From positions 1,667 to 65,666 of the IMG/VR virus record IMGVR_UViG_3300020202_000892: DNA of 64,000 nucleotides. One strand, given 5' to 3'. Of this stretch, positions 28,485-37,655 are shown in pieces. The stretch's first letter is position 1. Each line of letters opens with the position of its first letter. A program made the position numbers and the translations under genes. The notes beneath the pieces were generated by a model. It was given only the letters and a program-made list of their open reading frames with translations, was not told where the DNA came from and searched no databases. The stretch comes from a virus.

Positions 28485-30050
28485 TCAGCTCTTGCCCAGT
28501 GCCCAGCGCAGCGCGCCGGTGGTCGCGTCGACGAGGTCGTCGTTGATCCGCGGACTCGGGAACATGACCATTTCGCGCTCCAGCTCCACGAACTCCTTGG
28601 CATGGAAGACGCGGTCGGTCTCGTACCACTGTAGTGCCTGCTCGACCCGGGCCTGCTTCGAGCTCGATGCCCAGTCGGTGATCAGATCCAGCCCGCGCGG
28701 CAGCCGAGCGTGTGACGGGTTGAGCATCTCCTTCCACAGGTCGCCGCCGTTGTTCACCTCGACGATGACCGTGCGCAGCGTCGGCTTGCGCGCGTGCAGG
28801 CGGTGGATCCGCTGGCGCAGCTGCTCGGCCGAGATCCGGAAGGCCTGCGCATACTCGATCACTGCGCGCTGCCGAGCCGGGTCGCGGCCGACGATGACCA
28901 TCGCCGTGCGGTCCGACGTCGCCTTCTTCGTGACCGCGCCGTCGATGAACAGGCAGTGCTCCCAGATCCCGCCGAAGCTCTCCGACGTCCGTCGCTTGAA
29001 CATGTCCTCCCTCCAGAAGCTGCCGGCGTCCTCGCCGAACGGTGAGGGGTCGAGCAGGTAGTTGAGCTGGAACTCGCGTGGCGTCTCATCCTTGGCGTTG
29101 CGGCGCAGGTTCTCGCCGAGGTGGGTCTCGGTCAGCGGCCAGCGCTCCGGCCACAGCGAGCGCTCCTCGCCGGTGTCCGGGTCGATCCGGATCCCGGGGA
29201 ACAGCCGCACCGTGATCTCGTTGTTCGCTACCCAGTCGATGTGGCGCCGTCCGCGGCCATGCTCGGCGACCCGGTGCATCACCGAGTCGTAGGAGGTAGT
29301 GGTGCCGGCTAGGAGGAACGCGGCGTGCGGGGCACCCATCGGGAGCACCGCCGCCTTGATCGCCGTCTCGATCTTGGACTTCTCCTTCTCCGGCAGCACC
29401 TCTTCGAGCGGCTCGATGTCGTCGCACACGAGCATGTCTGGGCGCGCGGAGCCGGACTTCTTGCCCAGCGTGTTCGAGCCCAGGCCCGCGGCGGCGATCG
29501 TCGCCCCGCCCCGGACCACCAACCGGTTGGTGTCGGAGGAGCCCGCGCGGCGGGCCGGTCGCAGGTGCGCGTAGTCCTGCAACAGCAGGTCGTTCTCGGC
29601 CAGCTCCCGGCGCAGGTTGGCCAACTGGTCGCGTGCCATGTTGTCGTTGTAGCTGAAGGCCATGAAGTACTCGCGGTGCCCGTGCGCCAGCGCCCACAGC
29701 GGCAGAATGAGGAAGCACCACGAGCTCTTCCCGACGCCGCGCGGCCCGACCCACGCCTCTCGCCAGCGCACCGGCTCGATCCAGTGCTTGCCGGCGCGCG
29801 ACAGCGCCAGGTGCATCTCGTTGAAGGTGGCCAGCGGTGGCGTGGTGCCCTGCAGCTTCAGGTGGTCCGAGAGGTAGACGATCGCGAAGTTCAGTGGCGA
29901 CTTGCGTGTGGACCGCTTGCGGTAGTCCGCCGAGGTGTCGACCAAGCGCGACCAGAGCGGCGAGACTTCCTTGCGGAACCATGGATTCCACGGACCCCGC
30001 GGTGCGCGCACCGTCGGCCGTGGTGGCGGGGGGACCAGCGCGAGGGTCAC
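28485..30050 (-). CDS. Second terminase large subunit-like protein (ATPase plus RNase H nuclease)
   Basis: Walker A GPRGVGKS, RPDMLVCDDIE Walker B, nuclease FIDGA..SDRTA, VEVNNGG, SKQAR, NDDLVDA; start set at the GTGA overlap. Confidence 0.88.
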   Translation of the reverse strand: MTLALVPPPPRPTVRAPRGPWNPWFRKEVSPLWSRLVDTSADYRKRSTRKSPLNFAIVYLSDHLKLQGTTPPLATFNEMHLALSRAGKHWIEPVRWREAWVGPRGVGKSSWCFLILPLWALAHGHREYFMAFSYNDNMARDQLANLRRELAENDLLLQDYAHLRPARRAGSSDTNRLVVRGGATIAAAGLGSNTLGKKSGSARPDMLVCDDIEPLEEVLPEKEKSKIETAIKAAVLPMGAPHAAFLLAGTTTSYDSVMHRVAEHGRGRRHIDWVANNEITVRLFPGIRIDPDTGEERSLWPERWPLTETHLGENLRRNAKDETPREFQLNYLLDPSPFGEDAGSFWREDMFKRRTSESFGGIWEHCLFIDGAVTKKATSDRTAMVIVGRDPARQRAVIEYAQAFRISAEQLRQRIHRLHARKPTLRTVIVEVNNGGDLWKEMLNPSHARLPRGLDLITDWASSSKQARVEQALQWYETDRVFHAKEFVELEREMVMFPSPRINDDLVDATTGALRWALGKS

Positions 30051-30226
30051 GTCTCCCGCCTCCACTCACTCTCGGATCGTTCGTATAGCCGGTACAGCGA
30101 CGGGTTCTCGTATGGGCAGGTGAGCAGCCTGCGTCGCGCCTCCTGCTCGTTGGAGGTCTCGCACCACACTCGGCCATCAGCCCCGGAGACCCGCCACCAT
30201 CGGCCGGGCACCCACTCCGCGGTCAT
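30047..30226 (-). CDS. Hypothetical protein
   Basis: ATGA overlap; WWRVSGADGRVWCETSNEQEA. Confidence 0.6.
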   Translation of the reverse strand: MTAEWVPGRWWRVSGADGRVWCETSNEQEARRRLLTCPYENPSLYRLYERSESEWRRET

Positions 30227-30579
30227 GCCGGCACGTCCCAGGTGTGCTGGCAGAACACGCACTCGCGCCGGTAGTGCTCGGCGGCCCCGGCCGCGCTCCG
30301 CCAGGTGAAGACCTCGTCCACGCTGCCGTCCGGGTGCTCGATCACCTTGACCGGCGTCGGGGGCTTCGCCGGGACGAGATCGAGCGAGTGGTGGCCCATG
30401 CCCCGGCACGACGGGCAGATCACCATCGGGTCAGCAGGCTCGATCCCGAGTGGCTGGGTGAACGGTGCGGGCTTCAGCTCGTCGGCGACGGCTCGCCGCT
30501 CTGCTCGCCACTCCCAGATCGCGCCCACGGCGAACAGGGTCAGGATGATGGCCAGCGTGACGATCTCGGCCGCGCTCAT
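30223..30579 (-). CDS. Membrane-anchored zinc-ribbon protein
   Basis: N-terminal TM; CPSC ... RECVFCQHTW. Confidence 0.65.
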   Translation of the reverse strand: MSAAEIVTLAIILTLFAVGAIWEWRAERRAVADELKPAPFTQPLGIEPADPMVICPSCRGMGHHSLDLVPAKPPTPVKVIEHPDGSVDEVFTWRSAAGAAEHYRRECVFCQHTWDVPA

Positions 30580-30887
30580 GATCGCACCCCGTCCGCCCAC
30601 CACTGCACGTCCTGTCGCTGCAGCGTCGGGAATCTCGACGGCTCGGCCTCCAGCTGCACCACGACCTCGTCCTCGCCGGTGATGCGCTCAGGCCCGATCT
30701 CGACGAGGCCCCAGTAGTGGATCTGTCGGTCCGCGCGGAAGACCGCGATCCAGCCCGGCACGAGCACGTGATTCGGGTCGATGCCGTGATGCCGTAGCCA
30801 GGCGCACCACTTCTCACGCTGGCCCAGGGAGGACCCGAACCAGGTGCGCCAGTCGATGACGAACAGCTCGTTCCAGTCACCCCTCAC
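30576..30887 (-). CDS. Hypothetical protein
   Basis: Coupled overlaps; CAWLRHHGIDP motif. Confidence 0.6.
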   Translation of the reverse strand: MRGDWNELFVIDWRTWFGSSLGQREKWCAWLRHHGIDPNHVLVPGWIAVFRADRQIHYWGLVEIGPERITGEDEVVVQLEAEPSRFPTLQRQDVQWWADGVRS

Positions 30888-31096
30888 GGAGACCGCCTCC
30901 CGCGGATGTAGCGCCAGTACGCAGCCCGGCGGCTCCTGGCCTCGGCCCGCACGCATTCGACGACCCGCTCGAGCCACGTCGGCGCGTCACCGCGGATCGG
31001 GACGTCGCGGCGGGCCAGCAGTTCGCCGACGCAGACTGCCAGGTACAGCGCGACCACGCCGAGCACGCAGGTTGCCGCGACCAGGAGCCAGATCAC
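30884..31096 (-). CDS. Small membrane protein
   Basis: N-terminal TM; overlaps neighbours. Confidence 0.6.
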   Translation of the reverse strand: MIWLLVAATCVLGVVALYLAVCVGELLARRDVPIRGDAPTWLERVVECVRAEARSRRAAYWRYIRGRRSP

Positions 31097-32007
31097 GACG
31101 CCTTCGCCGCCTCGCGCTCCTTGCGCGTCTTGGAGTACGGCGTCACCACCGGGTTGTCCTCCGAGACCGGCTCGCCGTCCTGCTCGCGGGCGATCTTGAG
31201 CCTGGGGATCTGGTCGGAGGACTGCAGACCGCCCTTCGGCAGCTGCACGCGGTACACCGGGATGTGCTGCACCCAGTCGTTCCAGGTGCGTACCAGTAGG
31301 TAGAAGTACTCGTTGCGGTTCACCCGCAGGTCTTCGCGCCGACGGCGGATCACCCAGTTGCGCAGCGCGGCGATCGCGTCGCCCTCCTGCAGGCCGTAGC
31401 CCAGCCGCAGCTTCTCGAAGAACTCGTTGATCACGAAGGCGTCCGAGTCGCGCGATGCGATCACGTGCACCGCACCCACCACAGCCGGCGAGATGGGCAC
31501 CAGCTTCATCATGGAGTCGCCCACCGTGGTGCCGCGATCAATCAGCGCGGTGTTCTCCGGTCGCTGGTAGTAGGCCAACAGCTCCGAGTGCGACAGCCGG
31601 AACTTGGTGTCCAGCATGTTGCGCAGGTCGTAGCGCACGAGCATGTTCGTCACCGCGGCGGCCCTCGGCGGGTTGGGCACCTCGTACATCGTGAACACGT
31701 CGGACGCCGTGCGCTTCTTGCCGACATCCATGTACGGCTGCGACTCATCAGCCAGGTTCGTGACCAGCACAAACTTCTGCGTGGTCTTGCTCAGCACTAC
31801 TGCCTGCAGCCGATTCTGACCGTCCAACAGCCGACCAGTCACGCCCACTCGGATCGGATCGCCGACGAAGCGCCACTTCCCGGCCTCCATCTGCCGGCGG
31901 TAGAGCTCGACCAACGAGAAGTCCATCTTGCGGTTGCGCTCGTTGTGCTCCAACAGCTCCAGAGCGCGCTCCGGGCCGATCTTAACGACCTCAATCTTCG
32001 GGTCCAT
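31093..32007 (-). CDS. ParB-like / DGQHR-domain protein
   Basis: GDPIRV...LLDGQNRLQAVV ParB/Srx-type core; GAGAGGAC RBS. Confidence 0.75.
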   Translation of the reverse strand: MDPKIEVVKIGPERALELLEHNERNRKMDFSLVELYRRQMEAGKWRFVGDPIRVGVTGRLLDGQNRLQAVVLSKTTQKFVLVTNLADESQPYMDVGKKRTASDVFTMYEVPNPPRAAAVTNMLVRYDLRNMLDTKFRLSHSELLAYYQRPENTALIDRGTTVGDSMMKLVPISPAVVGAVHVIASRDSDAFVINEFFEKLRLGYGLQEGDAIAALRNWVIRRRREDLRVNRNEYFYLLVRTWNDWVQHIPVYRVQLPKGGLQSSDQIPRLKIAREQDGEPVSEDNPVVTPYSKTRKEREAAKAS

Positions 32008-32022
32008 GATCTTGTCCTCTCG

Positions 32023-32370
32023 TCAGGTCTTCTGCACTCGTAGTGGGGGTGGCTTGGGGAAGCGGTAGGGCCAGTGCGGACCGGGCACGTAACCGGTACC
32101 GCCACAGGGGATGCACGGCCGTGGCTCCCAGCTGTCCTCCGCCCCGTCATAGCGGTCGGACGGGTCGAGCTTGCCCGTGCCCTCGCACACCGGGCAAACA
32201 TCCGGCGGCGCGAACGGGCATTCGTAGCTATAGGTGTCCTCACCAAGCCATTGGCCGCCAACCAGCCGCACCGACTCGTGGCGCAGCTGGCGCTCCCAGT
32301 AGCCGCACTTGCCGCGCACGATCGTGAGCAGCGAAGTGCGGTAGAGGAAGTCGTCCAACAGCCCGCTCAT
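32023..32370 (-). CDS. Protein with DnaJ-type CxxCxGxG motifs
   Basis: CPVCEGTG and CIPCGGTG. Confidence 0.65.
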   Translation of the reverse strand: MSGLLDDFLYRTSLLTIVRGKCGYWERQLRHESVRLVGGQWLGEDTYSYECPFAPPDVCPVCEGTGKLDPSDRYDGAEDSWEPRPCIPCGGTGYVPGPHWPYRFPKPPPLRVQKT

Positions 32371-32455
32371 GGCGACCTGCACAGCGAGATGCGCTCGGCG
32401 AAGCGTGCGAACACCCGGTCGGGTACGACGTAGAGCCGTGAGGGGCCGAGGTGGA

Positions 32456-32833
32456 TCATGGCCCGGCGATCTCCTTCTCGATGCGCGCCACGACGTCGGC
32501 CAGCTCTAGCGCGTAGCGGTCGCTCACGCTGTCGTCTGCCTTCACGAACTGGCGCGCCGCGGTCAGCAGCTCGTTTCGCTGGCGCTCCATGTCGGCCTTC
32601 GCCTTGGCCTCGTACCGCTGCAGCCGCTCCAGCAACGCCTTCCGCTGCTCGCGTGCCTTCTCGGTGACCTCCGTGGTCACCGTCTCCAGGCTCCGGATCA
32701 GGCCGGCCATGTAGGTGAGATGCACGGCGGCCCGCTCCTTGAGTCCGGCCTCGTGACCACGCTGCACGTCGCACAGCTCCTCGGCCAGCTTCATGGCCTG
32801 GTCGGCGGCCTCTTCCAGCCAGCCGGTCACCAT
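32456..32833 (-). CDS. Hypothetical coiled-coil protein
   Basis: ORF track; helical heptads. Confidence 0.6.
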   Translation of the reverse strand: MVTGWLEEAADQAMKLAEELCDVQRGHEAGLKERAAVHLTYMAGLIRSLETVTTEVTEKAREQRKALLERLQRYEAKAKADMERQRNELLTAARQFVKADDSVSDRYALELADVVARIEKEIAGP

Positions 32834-33231
32834 GCCCCCGGGTACGCACCAACGCCGCCCAGCGCCATCCGCGCCTTCGAGATGTTGAGCAGCATCGTGG
32901 TGCCGCTCTCCAGACTGACGAATCCCTCGTCGATGCCCTCCTGCACCCGGTCGCGCAACTGGGTCAGGTGCTCCAGCTCCTCGGCGCGCAGCTTCTCGCG
33001 CTCGGTCATCTGGCGCTGCAGATGCTCGGACGAGGGCTGCGGGTGGAACTGCAGGGGCGGGCCGGTCACCCGCAGCTCGCCAGCCCGAGAGGGGACCCCC
33101 ATCGGCTCCTTCAGCCGCGGCTTGTCCTCCACCGGGTCCTCGTCGGCGAGCGTGCGCGACGGGGGTGGTTCGAGCAGCTCCGCCTTCGCCTCCCGGTACT
33201 CCTCGTCGTCCCTAGTCCATGAGTCCGTCAT
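32827..33231 (-). CDS. Hypothetical protein
   Basis: ORF track; GGAGAG RBS. Confidence 0.55.
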   Translation of the reverse strand: MTDSWTRDDEEYREAKAELLEPPPSRTLADEDPVEDKPRLKEPMGVPSRAGELRVTGPPLQFHPQPSSEHLQRQMTEREKLRAEELEHLTQLRDRVQEGIDEGFVSLESGTTMLLNISKARMALGGVGAYPGAW

Positions 33232-33730
33232 TACTCTCCATCTCCTCCATCTCCTGCTCGTGCTGGGTGACCCGGCGCAGCTCCTCCAGGATCGCCATAT
33301 CCGGGTGCGCGGTCTCGGCGACCGAGAACTCCGTCTTGTTGGTCGGCGCCACCGCGGCGTTGGTCAGCCGGGAGATCTCCTTCGACAGCGACAGCAGCAG
33401 CTTCATGCCGACGTCGAACGGGATCTCCGCGCGCTCCACCGCGGCCCGGGTGGACTCCTGATAGTGCTCGAGCTTGCCGAGCTGGGTGAGGCGCACGTGC
33501 TCGGCGGCGTAGATGTCGAGCACCTTCTCCTGGCGCCGGACGTCGTTGACCCACTTCACGATCGTGACGTGCGAGACGTAGATCTTGCGCTCGGCCTGCC
33601 ACTTCTTCGAGATCGACCGCGAACCCATATCCTGGGTGTCCATCAGCTGCCAGGCCTCGACTGCCAGCTCCGCTCGCTCCTCGGCCGTGAGCGAGCCGCG
33701 CTTGAGGCGCTCTCCGTCGCTCACAGTCAC
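33212..33730 (-). CDS. Terminase small subunit-like HTH protein
   Basis: ERAELAVEAWQL...SRSIS...VSHVTIVKWV HTH, then RLTQLGKLE...LLSLSKEISRL, a TerS-like layout. Confidence 0.5.
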   Translation of the reverse strand: MTVSDGERLKRGSLTAEERAELAVEAWQLMDTQDMGSRSISKKWQAERKIYVSHVTIVKWVNDVRRQEKVLDIYAAEHVRLTQLGKLEHYQESTRAAVERAEIPFDVGMKLLLSLSKEISRLTNAAVAPTNKTEFSVAETAHPDMAILEELRRVTQHEQEMEEMESNDGLMD

Positions 33731-33790
33731 CGAAAACCTCGATCATCATCGCTGTAAGTTAACGGGTCTGAGCCCGTGTGCGGTCCGTGA

Positions 33791-33931
33791 TCAGCGCAGG
33801 TAGACCGCGTAGAACAGGGTCAGCCCGGTGGTCAGGTGGCCCAGGGACGTCCTGCGGTGGTGGCGGCCGCGGTAGCCCCACCTGCGCCACCCGGTGCGGA
33901 GCTCGATGCGGGTGCCGTCGAGAAGGGTCAT
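33791..33931 (-). CDS. Small hypothetical protein
   Basis: GGGAGGG RBS; fills gap. Confidence 0.45.
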   Translation of the reverse strand: MTLLDGTRIELRTGWRRWGYRGRHHRRTSLGHLTTGLTLFYAVYLR

Positions 33932-34254
33932 CAGTCCCTCCCCGGCGTGGCCAGCGGCGCGTTGGCCGCCTGCAGCCGCTCCAGCAACGCCTTGGCGTCG
34001 GCCTCGCGCTTCGCCTTGCGCTCCGGCGTCAGCTCGGTCACCCGGACGTCGATGTCAACCTCGAACTCGCGACCGTCGCGCACCACGGTGAACGGCCAGT
34101 CGCCCTCGTCGTCCTCGTCGTCGCCAGCCCAGGTGTAGCCGTACAGGCCAGACGAGCCGTAGCCGATGCGACCGACGACCTCGGTGTCGATCGCGTTGAC
34201 GAAGTCGCTCTCGACGTCGTGCTCGGTGAAGGCGGGCTTCTCGGCGGGGCTCAT
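33931..34254 (-). CDS. Hypothetical protein
   Basis: ATGA overlap; acidic. Confidence 0.6.
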   Translation of the reverse strand: MSPAEKPAFTEHDVESDFVNAIDTEVVGRIGYGSSGLYGYTWAGDDEDDEGDWPFTVVRDGREFEVDIDVRVTELTPERKAKREADAKALLERLQAANAPLATPGRD

Positions 34255-34460
34255 TCCGCGTACGCCTTCGCCAGGTCGCCCAGCGCCTCGCGCAGGTCCT
34301 CGGGAAGCAGCAGCTCGACCATGTACGGCTCGTCCTGGCACAGCTTCACCCAGGCCTGCGCGACACGCGCACCGGCGTCGAGCTTGGCCGCGCCATCGCG
34401 CAGGTGGGCAGCGGGGCGGGGCGGGTTGCGGCGCTGGGGGGCGGCCTTCGGTTCGGTCAT
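34251..34460 (-). CDS. Hypothetical protein
   Basis: GAGAGG RBS; coupled overlaps. Confidence 0.6.
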   Translation of the reverse strand: MTEPKAAPQRRNPPRPAAHLRDGAAKLDAGARVAQAWVKLCQDEPYMVELLLPEDLREALGDLAKAYAE

Positions 34461-34798
34461 CGGTTCCTCTCTCGGGGAGCGGGCGGCACCGTCGGGTCGC
34501 CACCGTCATCGTCTTCCAGATCCCAGCCACCCTCGCCATCGGCGCGGATCTGCTGATTCATGCGCTTGGTCTCGAGGTCGTGCTGGTGTTCTTGCTCGGT
34601 CAGGTAGGCGATCACGGTCGGGACGCCGAACACGACGCACCCGACCAGCGGCGCCACCCACGGGCCGCCCAGCCCCAGGATCGAGATCGCGCCGATGGAG
34701 CTGACCATGAAGCCGAGGTAGAAGAACCAGCGGATGAACTGCTGGCCGATCGACCTCGCGCGGCACATCGGGCAGATCCTGGAGCTGAGCTTGGCCAT
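34457..34798 (-). CDS. Two-TM membrane protein with CPMC motif
   Basis: ICPMCR followed by two hydrophobic helices. Confidence 0.65.
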   Translation of the reverse strand: MAKLSSRICPMCRARSIGQQFIRWFFYLGFMVSSIGAISILGLGGPWVAPLVGCVVFGVPTVIAYLTEQEHQHDLETKRMNQQIRADGEGGWDLEDDDGGDPTVPPAPRERNR

Positions 34799-34804
34799 GG
34801 ACGA

Positions 34805-35089
34805 TCAGCCCTCCACAGTCGGCATGCGGTGGTGGTCCGGCTCGACGTCAAGCCGGACGCGGCCGTTCTCCGGCACCGCGGCGACGCGCTCGATGAGCAC
34901 CTCGCTCGGGTCGACGCTGTGCAGCTCCAGCAGCTCGCGGGCGTGCCGGCGCAGCTGCCGGATGGCGGAGGCCGCCTTCGCGTCGCTGCGATCGAGCGAG
35001 TTGGCCGCGTCCCAGCAGGCAGCGGCCACCGTCTCCGCGGTGCCGTCGCTCTTGGCGACAGCCAGATCGGTGGCCCTGGTGATGGCCAT
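34805..35089 (-). CDS. Hypothetical protein
   Basis: Preceded by the CGAGAGGACAC motif. Confidence 0.6.
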   Translation of the reverse strand: MAITRATDLAVAKSDGTAETVAAACWDAANSLDRSDAKAASAIRQLRRHARELLELHSVDPSEVLIERVAAVPENGRVRLDVEPDHHRMPTVEG

Positions 35090-35117
35090 GATCAGTGTCC
35101 TCTCGTGTGTTGTGGAA

Positions 35118-35459
35118 TCAGCCGCGTTCGGGCGGCTCGTCTCGATCCTGGCGTTCCTGCTCGTCACGCTGGATGTCCTCGTGCAGCCGGCGCAGACCCT
35201 CATGTCCGTGCCCGCGGTCGCGCCAGCCCTCTTCCTCGTCGAGCTCTCGGGCCAGCGCCTCGACCTCCGTCTCGCTCATCCTCGGCGCCATCAGTACGCG
35301 GGTGGCCAGCGCCAGCAGCGCGCCGAGCAGGCCGATCGCACCGCCGACCAGCCCCCACAACGGAGACCGGCCGCTGAGCACGTACAGCACGCCCAGGATG
35401 GCGGAGGGGACGAGTGTGGCGACGACGAAGGGCGCCAGCGTGCGGAGAGCTCGACTCAC
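35118..35459 (-). CDS. Two-TM membrane protein
   Basis: Two hydrophobic helices; GAGGAGGG RBS. Confidence 0.65.
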   Translation of the reverse strand: MSRALRTLAPFVVATLVPSAILGVLYVLSGRSPLWGLVGGAIGLLGALLALATRVLMAPRMSETEVEALARELDEEEGWRDRGHGHEGLRRLHEDIQRDEQERQDRDEPPERG

Positions 35460-35731
35460 GTGCCCTCCTCTCGGCGACGGTCCCGGACCGCCGGACGGTG
35501 CGTGCGCAGCCGGACCCGCTTCGAGCCGTAGCGGTGGAACGCGTTGTAGAGCTGGGAGCGCGCTCGGATGCCCGACACCTTCTGCAGGTCGGCCGGGTCG
35601 GCACGCTCAGCGTCGTAGAGCTCGGTCATGAACTTGTCGCGCTCCTCGACGGCCTTCGCGTACTTCTCGACCTCCGCACACCGGCGCTCCAGCTCCGCGC
35701 GGTCCTCGTCCGACATCGTCACGTGAGTCAT
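35456..35731 (-). CDS. Small HTH-like DNA-binding protein
   Basis: DPADLQKVSGIRARSQLYN helix-turn-helix-like segment. Confidence 0.5.
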   Translation of the reverse strand: MTHVTMSDEDRAELERRCAEVEKYAKAVEERDKFMTELYDAERADPADLQKVSGIRARSQLYNAFHRYGSKRVRLRTHRPAVRDRRREEGT

Positions 35732-35772
35732 CGTAGCCTGTCCCATACACTGAACACTAGTGGGTGGGTGGA

Positions 35773-36033
35773 TCATCCTGCGCGCCTGGTCAGGGACCTC
35801 GCGAGAGAGCGGCCGCCGAGGTACCCCAGACGCCACCCCTCGTTCACCGCGTGCGCCCGGTCGCGGGCGTCCAGCTTGAACCGGATCTCACGGACGTGGC
35901 GCTTCACGGTCTCCTCGGCGATGTGCAGCAAGCGGCCGATCTCGGCGTTGGTGCGACCCTGCGCGACCAGGTCGAGCACGTCGCACTGGCGCGCGGTGAG
36001 CTGGTCGGGGCGCCGAGCGGTGTAGCGAGCCAT
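35773..36033 (-). CDS. LuxR-family HTH protein
   Basis: LTARQCDVLDLVAQGRTNAEIGRLLHIAEETVKRHV...KLDARDRAHAV. Confidence 0.92.
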   Translation of the reverse strand: MARYTARRPDQLTARQCDVLDLVAQGRTNAEIGRLLHIAEETVKRHVREIRFKLDARDRAHAVNEGWRLGYLGGRSLARSLTRRAG

Positions 36034-36609
36034 CTACGCTTCCTCACCCAGCAGCGCCCGCCCGATGGCCTCGACCTCGTCCGCGGGCAGTTGTGTCGCG
36101 GCGCCGCAGACCGCTTCGAGGTGACGTGCAAGCGCCTCGCGTCCACGCGACCAGGCCACGTCTGCGGCACGACCAAGCCGGGCCGGCCAGTCGATCGGGG
36201 CGGGCTCGTCGTACACGGAGTCCTCCGGGGAGTTCCAATCCTCGGCCCACAGTCGGGACACGTAGGCACGCTCATCGCTCACCCGCCCTCCGTCCTCGTC
36301 CGCGTGCGCGCGGGCCAGCGCGTCGAGCAGCCGCGCGCCCTCCGGCGGTGGCGCGGAGAAGTTCCGCGTCCGCCACCACCGCACCACGGCCTCGGCCGCC
36401 TCGTCCCGGGCGCGGAGCCGCTCGTTCTCGGCGGTCAGCTTCACCACGTCGTCCGTGAGCTGCTGGTCGGACGCCCACAGCGCCCGCAGCTCCCCGACCA
36501 CGGCCGCGGCCATCTCGTTGGACAGTGAGCAGATCCGGGCCGGGTCCTGCAGCGCGTCCGCGAGCCTGGCCTCGGCCCGGGCGAGAGCCGAGGTCATGTC
36601 CGGGGTCAT
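36034..36609 (-). CDS. Hypothetical protein
   Basis: ATGA overlap with upstream gene. Confidence 0.55.
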   Translation of the reverse strand: MTPDMTSALARAEARLADALQDPARICSLSNEMAAAVVGELRALWASDQQLTDDVVKLTAENERLRARDEAAEAVVRWWRTRNFSAPPPEGARLLDALARAHADEDGGRVSDERAYVSRLWAEDWNSPEDSVYDEPAPIDWPARLGRAADVAWSRGREALARHLEAVCGAATQLPADEVEAIGRALLGEEA

Positions 36610-36899
36610 CGGTCGAGCGCCTTCCGTGCGATCGCGAACGTCCGGCACGGGTCCGGGTAGCCGTCCGCGTCGCACTGTGCGCAGTACGGCGGACCGGCCG
36701 GGTCGTCGTCCACGATCTGGTGCATGTCGCGGATCTCCGTGAGCGCTGCCCGCAGCTGTCGCACCTCGGCCGCGAGCAAACGGTGTACCTCGTCCGACCG
36801 CTCCGGCGTCAGCGCCTCGTCCACGTTCACGACTCCTCCTCGATCGGCCGGACCACCTCGGCCCGGACGTGCAGCAGCAGCGCGCCGATGTCGATGCAC
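36606..36899 (-). CDS. Hypothetical protein (H...CAQC...PC.T motif); start probably about 36830
   Basis: MHQIV...CAQCDADGYPDPCRTF. Confidence 0.55.
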   Translation of the reverse strand: MHRHRRAAAARPGRGGPADRGGVVNVDEALTPERSDEVHRLLAAEVRQLRAALTEIRDMHQIVDDDPAGPPYCAQCDADGYPDPCRTFAIARKALDR

Positions 36900-37075
36900 G
36901 GGATGTCGTCGTCCATGCGCGTCTTCGGATCGGCGGGCAGGTAACCGCCATGCGAGGCGTCGTAGGTCCAGACCTCCCCGGCGCGCGGGCCGTCGACCAC
37001 CACGACGTCGGCGAGCTCCTCGGCCAGCGTCTCGGCCACGGGCTCGCCGGGCGGGGGCTCGGTGGGGTCGATCAC
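36827..37075 (-). CDS. Hypothetical protein
   Basis: GTGA overlap; GGAGG RBS. Confidence 0.55.
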   Translation of the reverse strand: MIDPTEPPPGEPVAETLAEELADVVVVDGPRAGEVWTYDASHGGYLPADPKTRMDDDIPCIDIGALLLHVRAEVVRPIEEES

Positions 37076-37287
37076 GAACCAGCCTCCTGGATCACCACGA
37101 GCTCGGCGGGGTCCTCCCAGTACCGCTGCCCGTCGTCCCACGCGATCATGACGTCGCTGTAAGGGTCGATGGGTCCGCCGTGCGCCTCGTTGCGCTCCTC
37201 GTCGGTCGGCTCGACCACCTCGCCGTGGATGTCGTCCAGGGCGACGTTCTCCTCCGCGTAGGTCACCTTGTCACCGATCTTCATCAC
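37072..37287 (-). CDS. Hypothetical SH3-like beta protein
   Basis: KIGDKV...HGEVVE...VMIAWDDG...ELVVI. Confidence 0.6.
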   Translation of the reverse strand: MMKIGDKVTYAEENVALDDIHGEVVEPTDEERNEAHGGPIDPYSDVMIAWDDGQRYWEDPAELVVIQEAGS

Positions 37288-37655
37288 GCCGCTCCCGTCA
37301 GGGCCAGGGTGTTCACCAGGGCGTTCGCCTGGTCGACAGCAGCCAGGATCTTCTCCGGGTCGCTCTCGCCACGCACCCGGGCCACCTCGATCTTCTGGAT
37401 CTGCTCGAAGTGGCGGCCGGATCGGCGCACCTTGCGCACCGACACCACCACGTGCTCACCGGGGCTGTAGACCCCGTAGCCGTAGTCGCGGCCGTCGGAG
37501 CCGATGTGTACCTCCCACACGGGGGTGACCTTCGCCAGAGCGCGCTTGCGACGACCATCGCCACCCATCTCTCTCGCGTGGAGGCCGAGGCCGAACCCGG
37601 CCATCGCGCACATCGCCAACGCGCAGATCATCAACACGAAGGGGATCTCGATCAT
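37284..37655 (-). CDS. Membrane-anchored hypothetical protein
   Basis: N-terminal TM. Confidence 0.6.
   Translation of the reverse strand: MIEIPFVLMICALAMCAMAGFGLGLHAREMGGDGRRKRALAKVTPVWEVHIGSDGRDYGYGVYSPGEHVVVSVRKVRRSGRHFEQIQKIEVARVRGESDPEKILAAVDQANALVNTLALTGAA

Noticed and set aside
27800-33800. Complete satellite (PICI-like) element around the second terminase
   Set aside because: No integrase, primase, capsid or flanking direct repeats found; the genes are contiguous with the early operon and share its leader motif.
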